Shown: piece after piece, positions 13,235 to 22,078 of the stretch | Layout: each line of letters opens with the position of its first letter | Numbering within the stretch: the first letter of the stretch is position 1 | From: a virus | Reading direction: 5' to 3' (one strand) | Length of the DNA: 64,000 bases | Virus record (IMG/VR): IMGVR_UViG_3300002835_000026 | Made by a program: the position numbers and the translations under genes | The notes under the pieces: generated by a model | What the model was told of the DNA's origin: nothing | The model's input: the letters and a program-made list of their open reading frames with translations, nothing else | Database searches by the model: none

Positions 13235-13669
13235 TTAAATAGTTACAATGTAATATTCTATTGAAGCTGCGCTTGATGAAGGTTGTGCTTTAACTGACTG
13301 AATATCACTAAAATTAAAACTACCAGTACCAACACTTACACTTCCTGTCATTTTACTTGTAGATATCATATATGAACTACCTGTAGCAATTAAATAACTC
13401 ATAGCTTCTGTTGAAGAAGATACAATTAATTTAATTGGTGTAACAGTTGAATTGTTAGTTACTCTAACATACTGAACACTACTTGTTACAAATGTTCCAG
13501 CACCTGGTACTGAATCCATTGAAAATAATGTAGTAACTGAGCTAGTAGGGATACTAAGGATTCTGTTATCTACAAAATTAACATTGTTAATGGTGTTAGT
13601 AACAGAAGATCCTACGTTATCTCCATTTAATGTTAAAATTTCAAATATTTGGGAAGTGAAAGTTGCCAT
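13235..13669 (-). CDS. Ser/Thr-rich beta-rich hypothetical virion protein
   Basis: 144-aa ORF, preceded by the late-type motif, co-transcribed with neck genes. Confidence 0.55.
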   Translation of the reverse strand: MATFTSQIFEILTLNGDNVGSSVTNTINNVNFVDNRILSIPTSSVTTLFSMDSVPGAGTFVTSSVQYVRVTNNSTVTPIKLIVSSSTEAMSYLIATGSSYMISTSKMTGSVSVGTGSFNFSDIQSVKAQPSSSAASIEYYIVTI

Positions 13670-13678
13670 GCCTTTTAA

Positions 13679-13688
13679 TTATAAATAT
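13679..13688 (-). promoter_or_regulatory. Putative late promoter ATATTTATAA
   Basis: One of ~11 copies found just upstream of minus-strand starts. Confidence 0.6.
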
Positions 13689-13705
13689 CAAAAAAATATG
13701 GTTCC

Positions 13706-14419
13706 TTACTTAACTTTAACATTGGTCATGCCTCTTTCGTAAGCATCATTATATAATTCAATTAAGTCTTCAACTATTGGATTTCTATGGTTAGTAGTTA
13801 ATTTAATTCCAATCAAGTTTTTAATTTTTGACGCAGCTGTGTATAAAAATTTAAATCCAGAGTCACGTTTATTTTTTAAATCTACTTGATTATCATCACC
13901 ACATACTATCATTTTAGAATCAATACCAATACGAGTAACAATCATTTCCATTTGTTCATGGGTTACGTTTTGAGCTTCATCTACAATAACAATTGAGTTA
14001 ACAAATGTTCTACCACGCATAAATGATACAGGTACAATTTCTATATTACCTTCGGCTATATGTTTTTCTATAGCAACTTTATCATATAGTAAAAACATAT
14101 TTTGATAAATTGGTTGAACCCAAGGATCCATTTTTTCTCTTAAATCACCAGGTAAAAAACCAATTTCTTCTTTTGACACTGTAGGTCTAGTAATAATTAC
14201 TTTTTCTACTTCTTTCATAAATAGCTTTTCTAATGCTATCTGACATGCTAATAAGGTTTTACCTGAACCTGCTGAACCAGCTAATAATGTAACTGTATTA
14301 TTTAAAATTTTTTCTTTTGCTTGCTTCTGTTCTTCGTTTAATTGAATTTTAAATTTAATAGGAGTTTTAGGTTTACGTTTTTCTTTGAAGATCTCGTCCT
14401 CATGATGATTTGAACTCAT
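13706..14419 (-). CDS. phoH: PhoH-family ATPase
   Basis: GSAGSGKT Walker A, GFLPGDLREKMDPW, FMRGRTF, DEAQN, GDDNQVDL, HRNPIV. Confidence 0.95.
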   Translation of the reverse strand: MSSNHHEDEIFKEKRKPKTPIKFKIQLNEEQKQAKEKILNNTVTLLAGSAGSGKTLLACQIALEKLFMKEVEKVIITRPTVSKEEIGFLPGDLREKMDPWVQPIYQNMFLLYDKVAIEKHIAEGNIEIVPVSFMRGRTFVNSIVIVDEAQNVTHEQMEMIVTRIGIDSKMIVCGDDNQVDLKNKRDSGFKFLYTAASKIKNLIGIKLTTNHRNPIVEDLIELYNDAYERGMTNVKVK

Positions 14420-14588
14420 AATACAGTCGTTTAGTGAATAAAATTGTTGATTTGTTGATTAGCCCGTCTAATACAGCGGGTAAATATGAGATAATATAGT
14501 TGTGTATATTAATATTCAAATTGATAATAAGCGGTATTTTAGCAATATTTCCACTCATAAAACTTATTAGTTTTCAATACATATAGAC

Positions 14589-14625
14589 AAAAAAAGGACT
14601 CGCAATGCGAGTCCCTTCTTTTTAT
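14589..14625 (-). terminator. Intrinsic terminator after the major capsid gene (possibly bidirectional)
   Basis: ggactcgc-aat-gcgagtcc inverted repeat, A-run on the left and T-run on the right. Confidence 0.85.
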
Positions 14626-14640
14626 TCTATTAATTTAGAA

Positions 14641-16317
14641 TTAAATAGTATTTAATCCTTGGATATAGATCTTACCATAAAATTCTGGTCTTAACATTTT
14701 CTTAGCGTAACGAGTTAATAAACCTTTACGTGGAGTAAATGTATCTGGATCGTACACAAGTGGAGTCATAATTAATGGAACATATGGAGCAAATACAGCA
14801 CCAGCTTCTAAGAATTGTGAACCTCTGTAACCTAATAACATGATATTTTCAGTCATGTAAGGGTTTTTGTAAACTGTGTAACGGCCATTTAATTGACCTG
14901 CTTTTTGTACACCGAAAGCGTATTCCATTTGAGCAGCATCACCATTGTTGTTAGAAGCAAATCCTGGGATTGATTCTAATACTGTAGCTACAGTTGGAGA
15001 TGTAACGATGAAGTTAGCACCACCTCTTAAAGTTAATTGGTGAATTTTGTTGCTTAATTTTTGGATTTTAGTTCCTAAAGTTTGGAACCATTGGCCTTGT
15101 GTGTTGTAGAACGCTGAACCAGCTGTTGAGAAAGTAGCTGTAGCTGGGTTGTAAACGTTGTTGTTAACTGTTGACCAGTACTCAGTACCCGCAGCAGCAT
15201 CTTCGATCAACATATCTAAGATTTCAAGATCAATTTCCATTGAAATGTACTCAGACATGATGTTTGTTACTTCAGCTTCAGCATCAATGTTTTGGTAAGC
15301 AGCTAAATCTTGTGAGAATTCAGGTGTCCATACTGCTTTCAATTTTTTAGTTTTAGCAGTGATGGCTTGTGATTGCATTTTAACATTAATCTCAGGAATA
15401 ACGATAGATGAGTTATCTTGAGCATTTGGAACTGCGAATGATGACGAATCTTCAAAATCACCTACGTTATACGGGCTCATTTGAGTAGCTTTGTTATACA
15501 AAATTGTATAAGCACCTGAGTTAGCAATTGTAGCTGAAGAAGCACTCACAAAGAATGTAATAGTGTTGTTTGTGTAATCAAATGTAGTAAACTGTTGTAA
15601 GTTATTAGCAGCAGTAATAGCTGAACCTGATAAAATTAAGAAACCTCTAACAGCATCCATATCAAATGAAGGGATGTTTGTAGAAGCAGTTACTAATGTG
15701 ATTGCTTTGATTTGACCTGCAGCAACTGAAGCTGAGTAATCTGAATCAAAGTTAGTTGTAGCTAACGTACCTGAAACGATAAGTGAACCAGTTGCAATTG
15801 TGATTGCCGATGATGAGAATTGGTTGGTAGAGTAAGTGAAACGACCTGTTCCGTATAAACCACCTGATGGTGCTGGAGTTGCAAACGGGAATTCACCTGT
15901 TGCATTTCTGTTACCATACAATGAACTACCTACTGCAAATGGATCTTTAGCTGTTCCGTATTGGAAGTCTAAGAAGAACACAAGACCTGAAGGCATTGAC
16001 ATTGGTTGAACTGAAACAAATTCTTTTGCTGCAATTTGAGCAAATACTTTACGTACTAAAGGTAAAGCAATACCAGCCCAGTTTTCTGATTGACCAACAG
16101 AGAATGAACCTGCTGATGAACCTCCACCTGTATCTGATTGTTCCATAACTAATTGCTTAGCTTGGTTTTCTAATAATAAAGACATGTTGTTTGCCTCTAC
16201 ATTTGTTAAGCCTTCTAATAGACCCGTTTTGTTCCATTTAGAAGACAATTTAGCTGCATCGCTTTGGAGTGATTTCCAAGGACTAGCTGATTCTAATAAT
16301 GATTGAATTGTGCTCAT
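14641..16317 (-). CDS. gp23: Major capsid protein, T4 gp23-like
   Basis: LLENQ, LPLVRKVF, VSVQPMSMPSGLVFFL, TAKTKKLKAVWTPEFSQDL, APYVPL, TPRKGLLTRY; strongly biased codons. Confidence 0.95.
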   Translation of the reverse strand: MSTIQSLLESASPWKSLQSDAAKLSSKWNKTGLLEGLTNVEANNMSLLLENQAKQLVMEQSDTGGGSSAGSFSVGQSENWAGIALPLVRKVFAQIAAKEFVSVQPMSMPSGLVFFLDFQYGTAKDPFAVGSSLYGNRNATGEFPFATPAPSGGLYGTGRFTYSTNQFSSSAITIATGSLIVSGTLATTNFDSDYSASVAAGQIKAITLVTASTNIPSFDMDAVRGFLILSGSAITAANNLQQFTTFDYTNNTITFFVSASSATIANSGAYTILYNKATQMSPYNVGDFEDSSSFAVPNAQDNSSIVIPEINVKMQSQAITAKTKKLKAVWTPEFSQDLAAYQNIDAEAEVTNIMSEYISMEIDLEILDMLIEDAAAGTEYWSTVNNNVYNPATATFSTAGSAFYNTQGQWFQTLGTKIQKLSNKIHQLTLRGGANFIVTSPTVATVLESIPGFASNNNGDAAQMEYAFGVQKAGQLNGRYTVYKNPYMTENIMLLGYRGSQFLEAGAVFAPYVPLIMTPLVYDPDTFTPRKGLLTRYAKKMLRPEFYGKIYIQGLNTI

Positions 16318-16345
16318 TTTTTTTAAAATTTTTTTTTAAATTGTT

Positions 16346-17404
16346 TTATTTAATAATTCCTGCTATTTTTTGCATTCTTTTGAATGTGTCATTAACTTCT
16401 ACAATAGGTTTTCTTGCCGATGGCATGATACCTGTTGTTTTAGATGCTAAACTAGTTTTCAATGATTCATTAACATGTGATTTAGAAGTTTCTTTTAAAC
16501 CTTCTGATAATGTTTCGAATACTAATTTAGTTTCTTTTACTGTTGATGCTTTATCAAATGCATTTAAAACCTTTACTTTTTGTGACTCGGTTAAGTTTTT
16601 AGCTTTGAAAATTTTGTTAGTGTAAAGTAATTTCGCATTTAACAAATTAACTTCATTGATGTCAGTTCTCATAGTAGCAATAGTTGACATAGCTTCTTCT
16701 AACTCTTTTTTAAGTTTAGTCATTTCTTCTTTGTCTTTCTTGTCTTCTTTGTCACCTTTTTTCTTAGCTTCGTCTAATGCGATTTCAGCTAAAATTTCAT
16801 CAATTGAAACTTCTTCTTCTTCACTTTCCATTTCTTCGCCTTCTTCACCTTCCATGCCTTCACCAGCTTCTAATTCGCCAGATTCAACCATGTCTTTAAT
16901 TACGTCTTCAATGAATGATTTTAACTCTTCTTCAGTCATGTCTTCAATGTTGATTTCTTCTTCAGTTTCAACTTCTTCTTCACCTTCTGCTTCGTTTAAT
17001 TCTTCTTTTTTCATTTCGTCGTCTTCAGCATGCATGTTTTCGTCTTTCATGTCTGCTTCTAATTCAGCTAATAATTCGTCAAGATTAAGTTCATCTAATT
17101 CTTCTTCAGCTACATTACCATGTGCTGTTGGACCTTTTGGGTTGTTGATTAGATCTTCTTCTTCTTTAACTTCTTTGTAGCCCATTAAGTTTTCTTCTTT
17201 TTTAGAATACATTTCTTCCATATCATCCATCTCTGCTTCTTCAACATCCATTTCTTCCATTTCTGCAAGTTTAGCTGATAGCATAGATTTTAATTGTGGA
17301 GTAAAGTGTTCTTCAAGTGCTGCTTTTGCGCTTGCTATTGCTGTTTCTTTAACAACTTTAGCGTCTTCGATTGCTTCTTTAAGCAAATCTCTGTTTTTAC
17401 TCAT
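16346..17404 (-). CDS. Prohead scaffold / core protein (gp22-like); start probably MSKN at 17404
   Basis: Very acidic coiled-coil protein directly upstream of the capsid gene; many L-x-E sites; ends FKRMQKIAGIIK. Confidence 0.75.
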   Translation of the reverse strand: MSKNRDLLKEAIEDAKVVKETAIASAKAALEEHFTPQLKSMLSAKLAEMEEMDVEEAEMDDMEEMYSKKEENLMGYKEVKEEEDLINNPKGPTAHGNVAEEELDELNLDELLAELEADMKDENMHAEDDEMKKEELNEAEGEEEVETEEEINIEDMTEEELKSFIEDVIKDMVESGELEAGEGMEGEEGEEMESEEEEVSIDEILAEIALDEAKKKGDKEDKKDKEEMTKLKKELEEAMSTIATMRTDINEVNLLNAKLLYTNKIFKAKNLTESQKVKVLNAFDKASTVKETKLVFETLSEGLKETSKSHVNESLKTSLASKTTGIMPSARKPIVEVNDTFKRMQKIAGIIK

Positions 17405-17541
17405 TTGTCCTAAAATTTTGTTTGGGAAATACACTTATTTAAAGTGTAATAGAATTGTTATTTATAGATACTGCAAATGCGATTGCGGGCAGTATATTCT
17501 AATATACATATGTCCAGATTATCTAAAACACACAGAAGTGT

Positions 17542-17569
17542 AAAGAGAAAGCTCTTCTTTTGGAAGAGC
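17542..17569 (-). terminator. Intrinsic terminator after the nuclease gene
   Basis: gctcttc-ttttg-gaagagc hairpin followed by TTTCTCTTT on the minus strand. Confidence 0.65.
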
Positions 17570-17575
17570 CATGTT

Positions 17576-18169
17576 TTATTTACAATTACACTTAAACGTG
17601 TTTAAGTCTTTTGATGTAGGGGCAATGTTAAGAAAATAATAACAATACTTAGTGTTACCTACTTTTAATTCTTTATAGAATCCTTTAGGTATTGCCGCGT
17701 TTGTAGGTACACGTTTAGGTACTTTATCGTAATCTAATCTAACATATACTGATACAGTAGTTGTTTTTGCTTGTTCACGTTCCCATATTTCTAATGCTTT
17801 CCAAGGACCACGATTAAGTGATTGTTGTTGCATTGCTGAATTAATATAGGTAAATGTTGAGTATAACATTTCTTTAGTACAGTTAAATGAAGCAGCAGGA
17901 GCAATATGTCCTTTGTCCCACTCATTATTAACATAATCTTCGTTATCAGATGTTTTAATGTTTTTGTCTGTGTAGAATTCCATACCTGCTCTAGAAGCGG
18001 TACCTGTAGGACATTTAACAGTATAAGTAACCCATTTAGGTTGTTCTAAAATTTCAGAATATACAATACGAAAGTTAGGAGTTTGATAGTTAACACTATC
18101 TCTTAATTTAGTTTGTCCAAAAACTACTGTTGATAGGCAAACTAATATTACTAGAAATAAATTTTTCAT
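17576..18169 (-). CDS. Secreted DNA/RNA non-specific endonuclease (NucA / Endonuclease_NS family); start probably MKNLF at 18169
   Basis: DKGHIAP (DRGH-type) active site, STFTYINSAMQ...LNRGPWKALE, IPKGFYK; signal peptide MKNLFLVILVCLSTVVFG-Q. Confidence 0.9.
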   Translation of the reverse strand: MKNLFLVILVCLSTVVFGQTKLRDSVNYQTPNFRIVYSEILEQPKWVTYTVKCPTGTASRAGMEFYTDKNIKTSDNEDYVNNEWDKGHIAPAASFNCTKEMLYSTFTYINSAMQQQSLNRGPWKALEIWEREQAKTTTVSVYVRLDYDKVPKRVPTNAAIPKGFYKELKVGNTKYCYYFLNIAPTSKDLNTFKCNCK

Positions 18170-18170
18170 G

Positions 18171-18776
18171 TTAGAATAACGGACATGATCCATTAGCACA
18201 TAGAATATCAGTAATAATTGAATTAATTTTACCGTATTGATTTGTACCTGGAGTATATGATTCGTTTAAGTTGGTTGGTTGCATCCATGAACCAGGATTA
18301 GAAGGTGTTGAAACAAAATCCCAACATAGTAATTCAAAGTCATCTTGTACTTCCATTACATTACCTTTTTGTTCTAACGAACCCATTCCTCTTGATGATA
18401 CACCTACTGTAATACCACTTTCAATTAATGCTTTTAAGATGTTACCAGATGGAGTAGGTAAAATTTCAATTAAACCCATTACATTATCTCCATTCCACCA
18501 GCATTTTTTAATATTATGTGAAACATTTTTTAAGTTAATAATTGAAGAATCTGGGTGGTCTAATTCACCTAATGCTCTGTTTTCTCGAACTGATTCCATG
18601 TAGCGATCCATTTCACGTTCCCATAATTCTTTAGCGTAATATCTACCATTACCGTTTTTTACTTCGACAGTAGCTAACACACCTTCTACTAATATGTTAC
18701 CTCCAGGATTAGTTCCTTCAGTTAACCTAACAGCTTTAGGAGAAAATAATTGTGTTTCAATTAATACTTGTCTCAT
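18171..18776 (-). CDS. gp21: Prohead maturation protease, T4 gp21-like
   Basis: NGNGRYY, GELDHP, VSH, TPSGNI, GVSSRGMGS, DFVSTPS. Confidence 0.93.
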   Translation of the reverse strand: MRQVLIETQLFSPKAVRLTEGTNPGGNILVEGVLATVEVKNGNGRYYAKELWEREMDRYMESVRENRALGELDHPDSSIINLKNVSHNIKKCWWNGDNVMGLIEILPTPSGNILKALIESGITVGVSSRGMGSLEQKGNVMEVQDDFELLCWDFVSTPSNPGSWMQPTNLNESYTPGTNQYGKINSIITDILCANGSCPLF

Positions 18777-18782
18777 ATTACG

Positions 18783-20120
18783 TTAATTTGTATTTCTATT
18801 ACTTATAATTTTTTCAATTGCATTTTTTCTTCCTCCAAATCCCTTAACACCTTGACCACTTAATATATCTCTTAATTCATCATCTGTTATATTACGATCA
18901 TTAATTTGCTTTTGGTATTTCATTAACAACATGTTTTCAGATCTATTATCTGCCTCTTTACCTAACTCTTCAGGTGATCGCTTTAATGGTGTTACATCTG
19001 GGTTTGAAGAAGGTCTTGATAATATATCTCGGTCATGAATACCTTCTTTAATAGTTTTAGCTTTAGGTAAATCACCATATCCGCTTGACTTATATTTACC
19101 TTTAGGTGCAATTGTTAATTTTTCAGTTTTAAATCCTACTCCTTTAGTTCCAAACATAGCATTTTTAGCATAATAGTTTATGTCTTTAACCATGTTTTTA
19201 AGTACAATTTGTTTTAACTCATCAACTGTTTTAGTTTTGTTTTTAGGATCTTTCATTTCAGCATAGTAGCCATTTAAGAAAGATGTACCATAAACATTAT
19301 CAATATTTTTCTTATCTTCAGTATTATATTGATCAGCTAAATCTTTTTTAACTTGTTTAGATGGTTTTTTAAACTCATCATAATCACCATATAGTTTTCT
19401 ATTTGGAACACCAATGACTTCTGATAATGTTTCTTCTTTAACTGGTCTTAACAACATTGGTTTAGTTACAAATAACTCTCTACCATCTTCTGTCTTGCCT
19501 TTAATTTGTTTAATTTTGCCATCTACTTTATCTACTAAAGTAATTTCTACTTTATCATCACCAATCATAGCTTTATCACCAACTTTAACTTTAGAGCCAA
19601 ATGATAAATCACTATGTGAAGTACCTAATACATCACCTTCATTTGTATTTAAAAGAGGTTTTATATCTTGTGTAAATATTTCAGTTTCAGTGAATTTCTT
19701 TCCATCAGCCATTATAATCATATCAAGATCTTCTTTTTTAAGTTCTCCTGATTTAAGAGCATTAAATAAATCAATAGCTCTAGTGATGTTTTTATCATTT
19801 AATAATTTAGCACCTCCATTACGCTTTATCATACCTACAGCCTGCCCAAAGGGACCATCAGAAGCTGAAGTCATATCTACTGCCTCATTACTTGTATTTT
19901 CTCTAAAAATTTCTAACCAAGATGATGATGGTTTGTGACTAATTACACCACCAATACCTTCACTTAAAATACTTTTTGATTTAAGTACACTTATAGTTGT
20001 ATTATAATCAGAATATTGATTAATATAATTTGGAAATAAAATTCTTGCTTGTTTTAAGAAATGATCTTTGTTTCCTTTTCCTTCTTTAATAAGGATGTAT
20101 TGTTCTTGTAATGTTTTCAT
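18783..20120 (-). CDS. Hypothetical head-associated protein with CTS-like N-terminus (MKTLQEQYILIKE)
   Basis: 445-aa ORF in the head cluster; several [LI]-x-E sites. Confidence 0.6.
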   Translation of the reverse strand: MKTLQEQYILIKEGKGNKDHFLKQARILFPNYINQYSDYNTTISVLKSKSILSEGIGGVISHKPSSSWLEIFRENTSNEAVDMTSASDGPFGQAVGMIKRNGGAKLLNDKNITRAIDLFNALKSGELKKEDLDMIIMADGKKFTETEIFTQDIKPLLNTNEGDVLGTSHSDLSFGSKVKVGDKAMIGDDKVEITLVDKVDGKIKQIKGKTEDGRELFVTKPMLLRPVKEETLSEVIGVPNRKLYGDYDEFKKPSKQVKKDLADQYNTEDKKNIDNVYGTSFLNGYYAEMKDPKNKTKTVDELKQIVLKNMVKDINYYAKNAMFGTKGVGFKTEKLTIAPKGKYKSSGYGDLPKAKTIKEGIHDRDILSRPSSNPDVTPLKRSPEELGKEADNRSENMLLMKYQKQINDRNITDDELRDILSGQGVKGFGGRKNAIEKIISNRNTN

Positions 20121-20133
20121 TTATAATGAGTTA

Positions 20134-20358
20134 TTAATTGTAAAATAATACTGCTCCTGATGATAAAGAAGCACTAGTTACATAAATAGGAACAGTGAAT
20201 CCAGCGGGTACAACCCAAGGAGTTGTTAATGGAGATCCATTAAAATCTTTTATACCAGTGAATGTAGCTGATCCTGATACTACTGTAAAGCCAGCGTATG
20301 AACCAGTGATTGATGTTGTAGTTACTATTCCGGTTGTATTAACAGGTATATTTGCCAT
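20134..20358 (-). CDS. Small beta-rich virion protein (possible capsid decoration)
   Basis: 74 aa, Thr/Ser/Gly rich, in the head cluster. Confidence 0.55.
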   Translation of the reverse strand: MANIPVNTTGIVTTTSITGSYAGFTVVSGSATFTGIKDFNGSPLTTPWVVPAGFTVPIYVTSASLSSGAVLFYN

Positions 20359-20359
20359 A

Positions 20360-21196
20360 TTAGTCTTTAAATAAGTTTATTAAATCGTTTAAATAATCGT
20401 TTGCTAAATCAGTACCATATAACACATTAAAACTAGGTTTATCTTTATAATAATTTAATGTTTTTTCTTTTGCGTTTTGTAATAATGGTAATAATTCGTT
20501 TAATTTTTGTTCTAATGTATCAAATCCTTCTAATCTAGATTTGATAAATATTTTTAATTCTGGTGTATCTATGTTTAAAGAATCAATATAAGCATCTACA
20601 TCTAATTGTGCTTCGTTTACATTCTCTTTCCACATTTGTTTAACTTCGATTCCTTTCGCCTGTTGATTCAGTTTTTTTTGATTAACAGGTTTGTAACCTA
20701 GTTTATAGTAATAGTTATTTGTTGTGCCTTTAGAATTAGTATTTTTTTTATAAGCTGCATCTGTACCTGCTTTTGTAGCTGTTTGTGGTCCTTCACCTGG
20801 ACTAAATGCCCCTGCTGATGCTCCACCTCCTGTACCTGACTCTTCTTCTAAATCAATATTTAAATTGTTAAATTTTTCTTGGTTATAATTATCTAAATAT
20901 GGTTTTAAATCTTGTTTCCAAACTGCGGTTTGTGAAAAAGCTATATTATCTGCTTGTCCATGCTCTCCTTGTGTAGCTTTATCTAAGTCTTGGATAGTAA
21001 TTTTACCAGTCTCCATAGCTTTTTTAAATGTTCTAAATTCATTAGATGGGCTATAGATTTCTAGTTTATTTTTTAATAATTCTTTACCACCAAAAAGCCA
21101 AATCCACTGAAGAGCTGTATCAAATTGTCCGTCAATACCTTTATGAATACTAACTTCTTTTAATGTTTGTTTAATGATACTTTTTAACTTATCCAT
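20360..21196 (-). CDS. Hypothetical head-cluster protein
   Basis: 278-aa ORF; N-terminal KLKSIIKQTLKE motif. Confidence 0.6.
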   Translation of the reverse strand: MDKLKSIIKQTLKEVSIHKGIDGQFDTALQWIWLFGGKELLKNKLEIYSPSNEFRTFKKAMETGKITIQDLDKATQGEHGQADNIAFSQTAVWKQDLKPYLDNYNQEKFNNLNIDLEEESGTGGGASAGAFSPGEGPQTATKAGTDAAYKKNTNSKGTTNNYYYKLGYKPVNQKKLNQQAKGIEVKQMWKENVNEAQLDVDAYIDSLNIDTPELKIFIKSRLEGFDTLEQKLNELLPLLQNAKEKTLNYYKDKPSFNVLYGTDLANDYLNDLINLFKD

Positions 21197-22043
21197 TTAC
21201 CTTATGTAATTCTTCTAGTAATTCATAATAATGAAGTAAATTAGTCATATCATCATTACTAATTTTATCATTTTTATCTAATGTAACTAAAATATTAGAC
21301 ACCTCATTAATTTTAATTTGAGTTGTCTTATCTTTAACTTTTTTATTTAATTTAGTTAAATTAGATTTAATTTCTGTTACTTTAGTATTGTAAAAATCTT
21401 TTAATTTAGATGGATTATCAACACTGTTGATAAATTCTTTTAATACTGATTTTTGTCCTTCATTTAAATTAGCATACTTAGAATTAAATTTTTCTAATAA
21501 CGCTCTATAAGTTAACATACGAATATCTTTATCGTATGACTTAAATTCTTCCATTAGTGTATCTTTAGCAACTGTTGTAAGTGGTGCTGAAGTTAAATGT
21601 TCTAATAGAATTAATTTATTTGAGATTACTTGGTTAGCTTCTGGTTGATTAATACCATCATACATTTCTAATAATGTATAAAACGCTGCTTGTGTTTTGT
21701 AGTTAGGAAGTTTGGTTTTAAAAAATTCATCAACGTCATAATTTGCTTTAATTTCTTTAATTAAATTATATTTTTGACGACGTAATGCTGATTTGTTTAA
21801 ATATTTAGCACTTTCTAATAAAGTACTGATAATAATATCGGCTTTGCCTTCACTTAATTTAATGTTGTTTAACAACGTTTCATATAACTTATACTCTTTT
21901 CCTAACTCTGTTTTTACAAAGTGTTTTTTTAGAATAGTTGCTGCTTTTGAGTCTACGCCTGACAATGTATCAGACGTAATTTGTCTAACTAAAAGTTCAA
22001 ATAAAATGCCAGTATTCTTGTATTTTGAATGTTTAACAATCAT
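21189..22043 (-). CDS. Helical hypothetical protein downstream of portal (possible prohead core component)
   Basis: 284-aa ORF preceded by the late-type motif. Confidence 0.6.
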   Translation of the reverse strand: MIVKHSKYKNTGILFELLVRQITSDTLSGVDSKAATILKKHFVKTELGKEYKLYETLLNNIKLSEGKADIIISTLLESAKYLNKSALRRQKYNLIKEIKANYDVDEFFKTKLPNYKTQAAFYTLLEMYDGINQPEANQVISNKLILLEHLTSAPLTTVAKDTLMEEFKSYDKDIRMLTYRALLEKFNSKYANLNEGQKSVLKEFINSVDNPSKLKDFYNTKVTEIKSNLTKLNKKVKDKTTQIKINEVSNILVTLDKNDKISNDDMTNLLHYYELLEELHKVNG

Positions 22044-22058
22044 TCCTAAAGTGTTTTA

Positions 22059-22068
22059 TTATAAATAT
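22059..22068 (-). promoter_or_regulatory. Putative late promoter ATATTTATAA
   Basis: Recurrent motif upstream of start 22043. Confidence 0.6.
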
Positions 22069-22078
22069 ATAAGGATTA

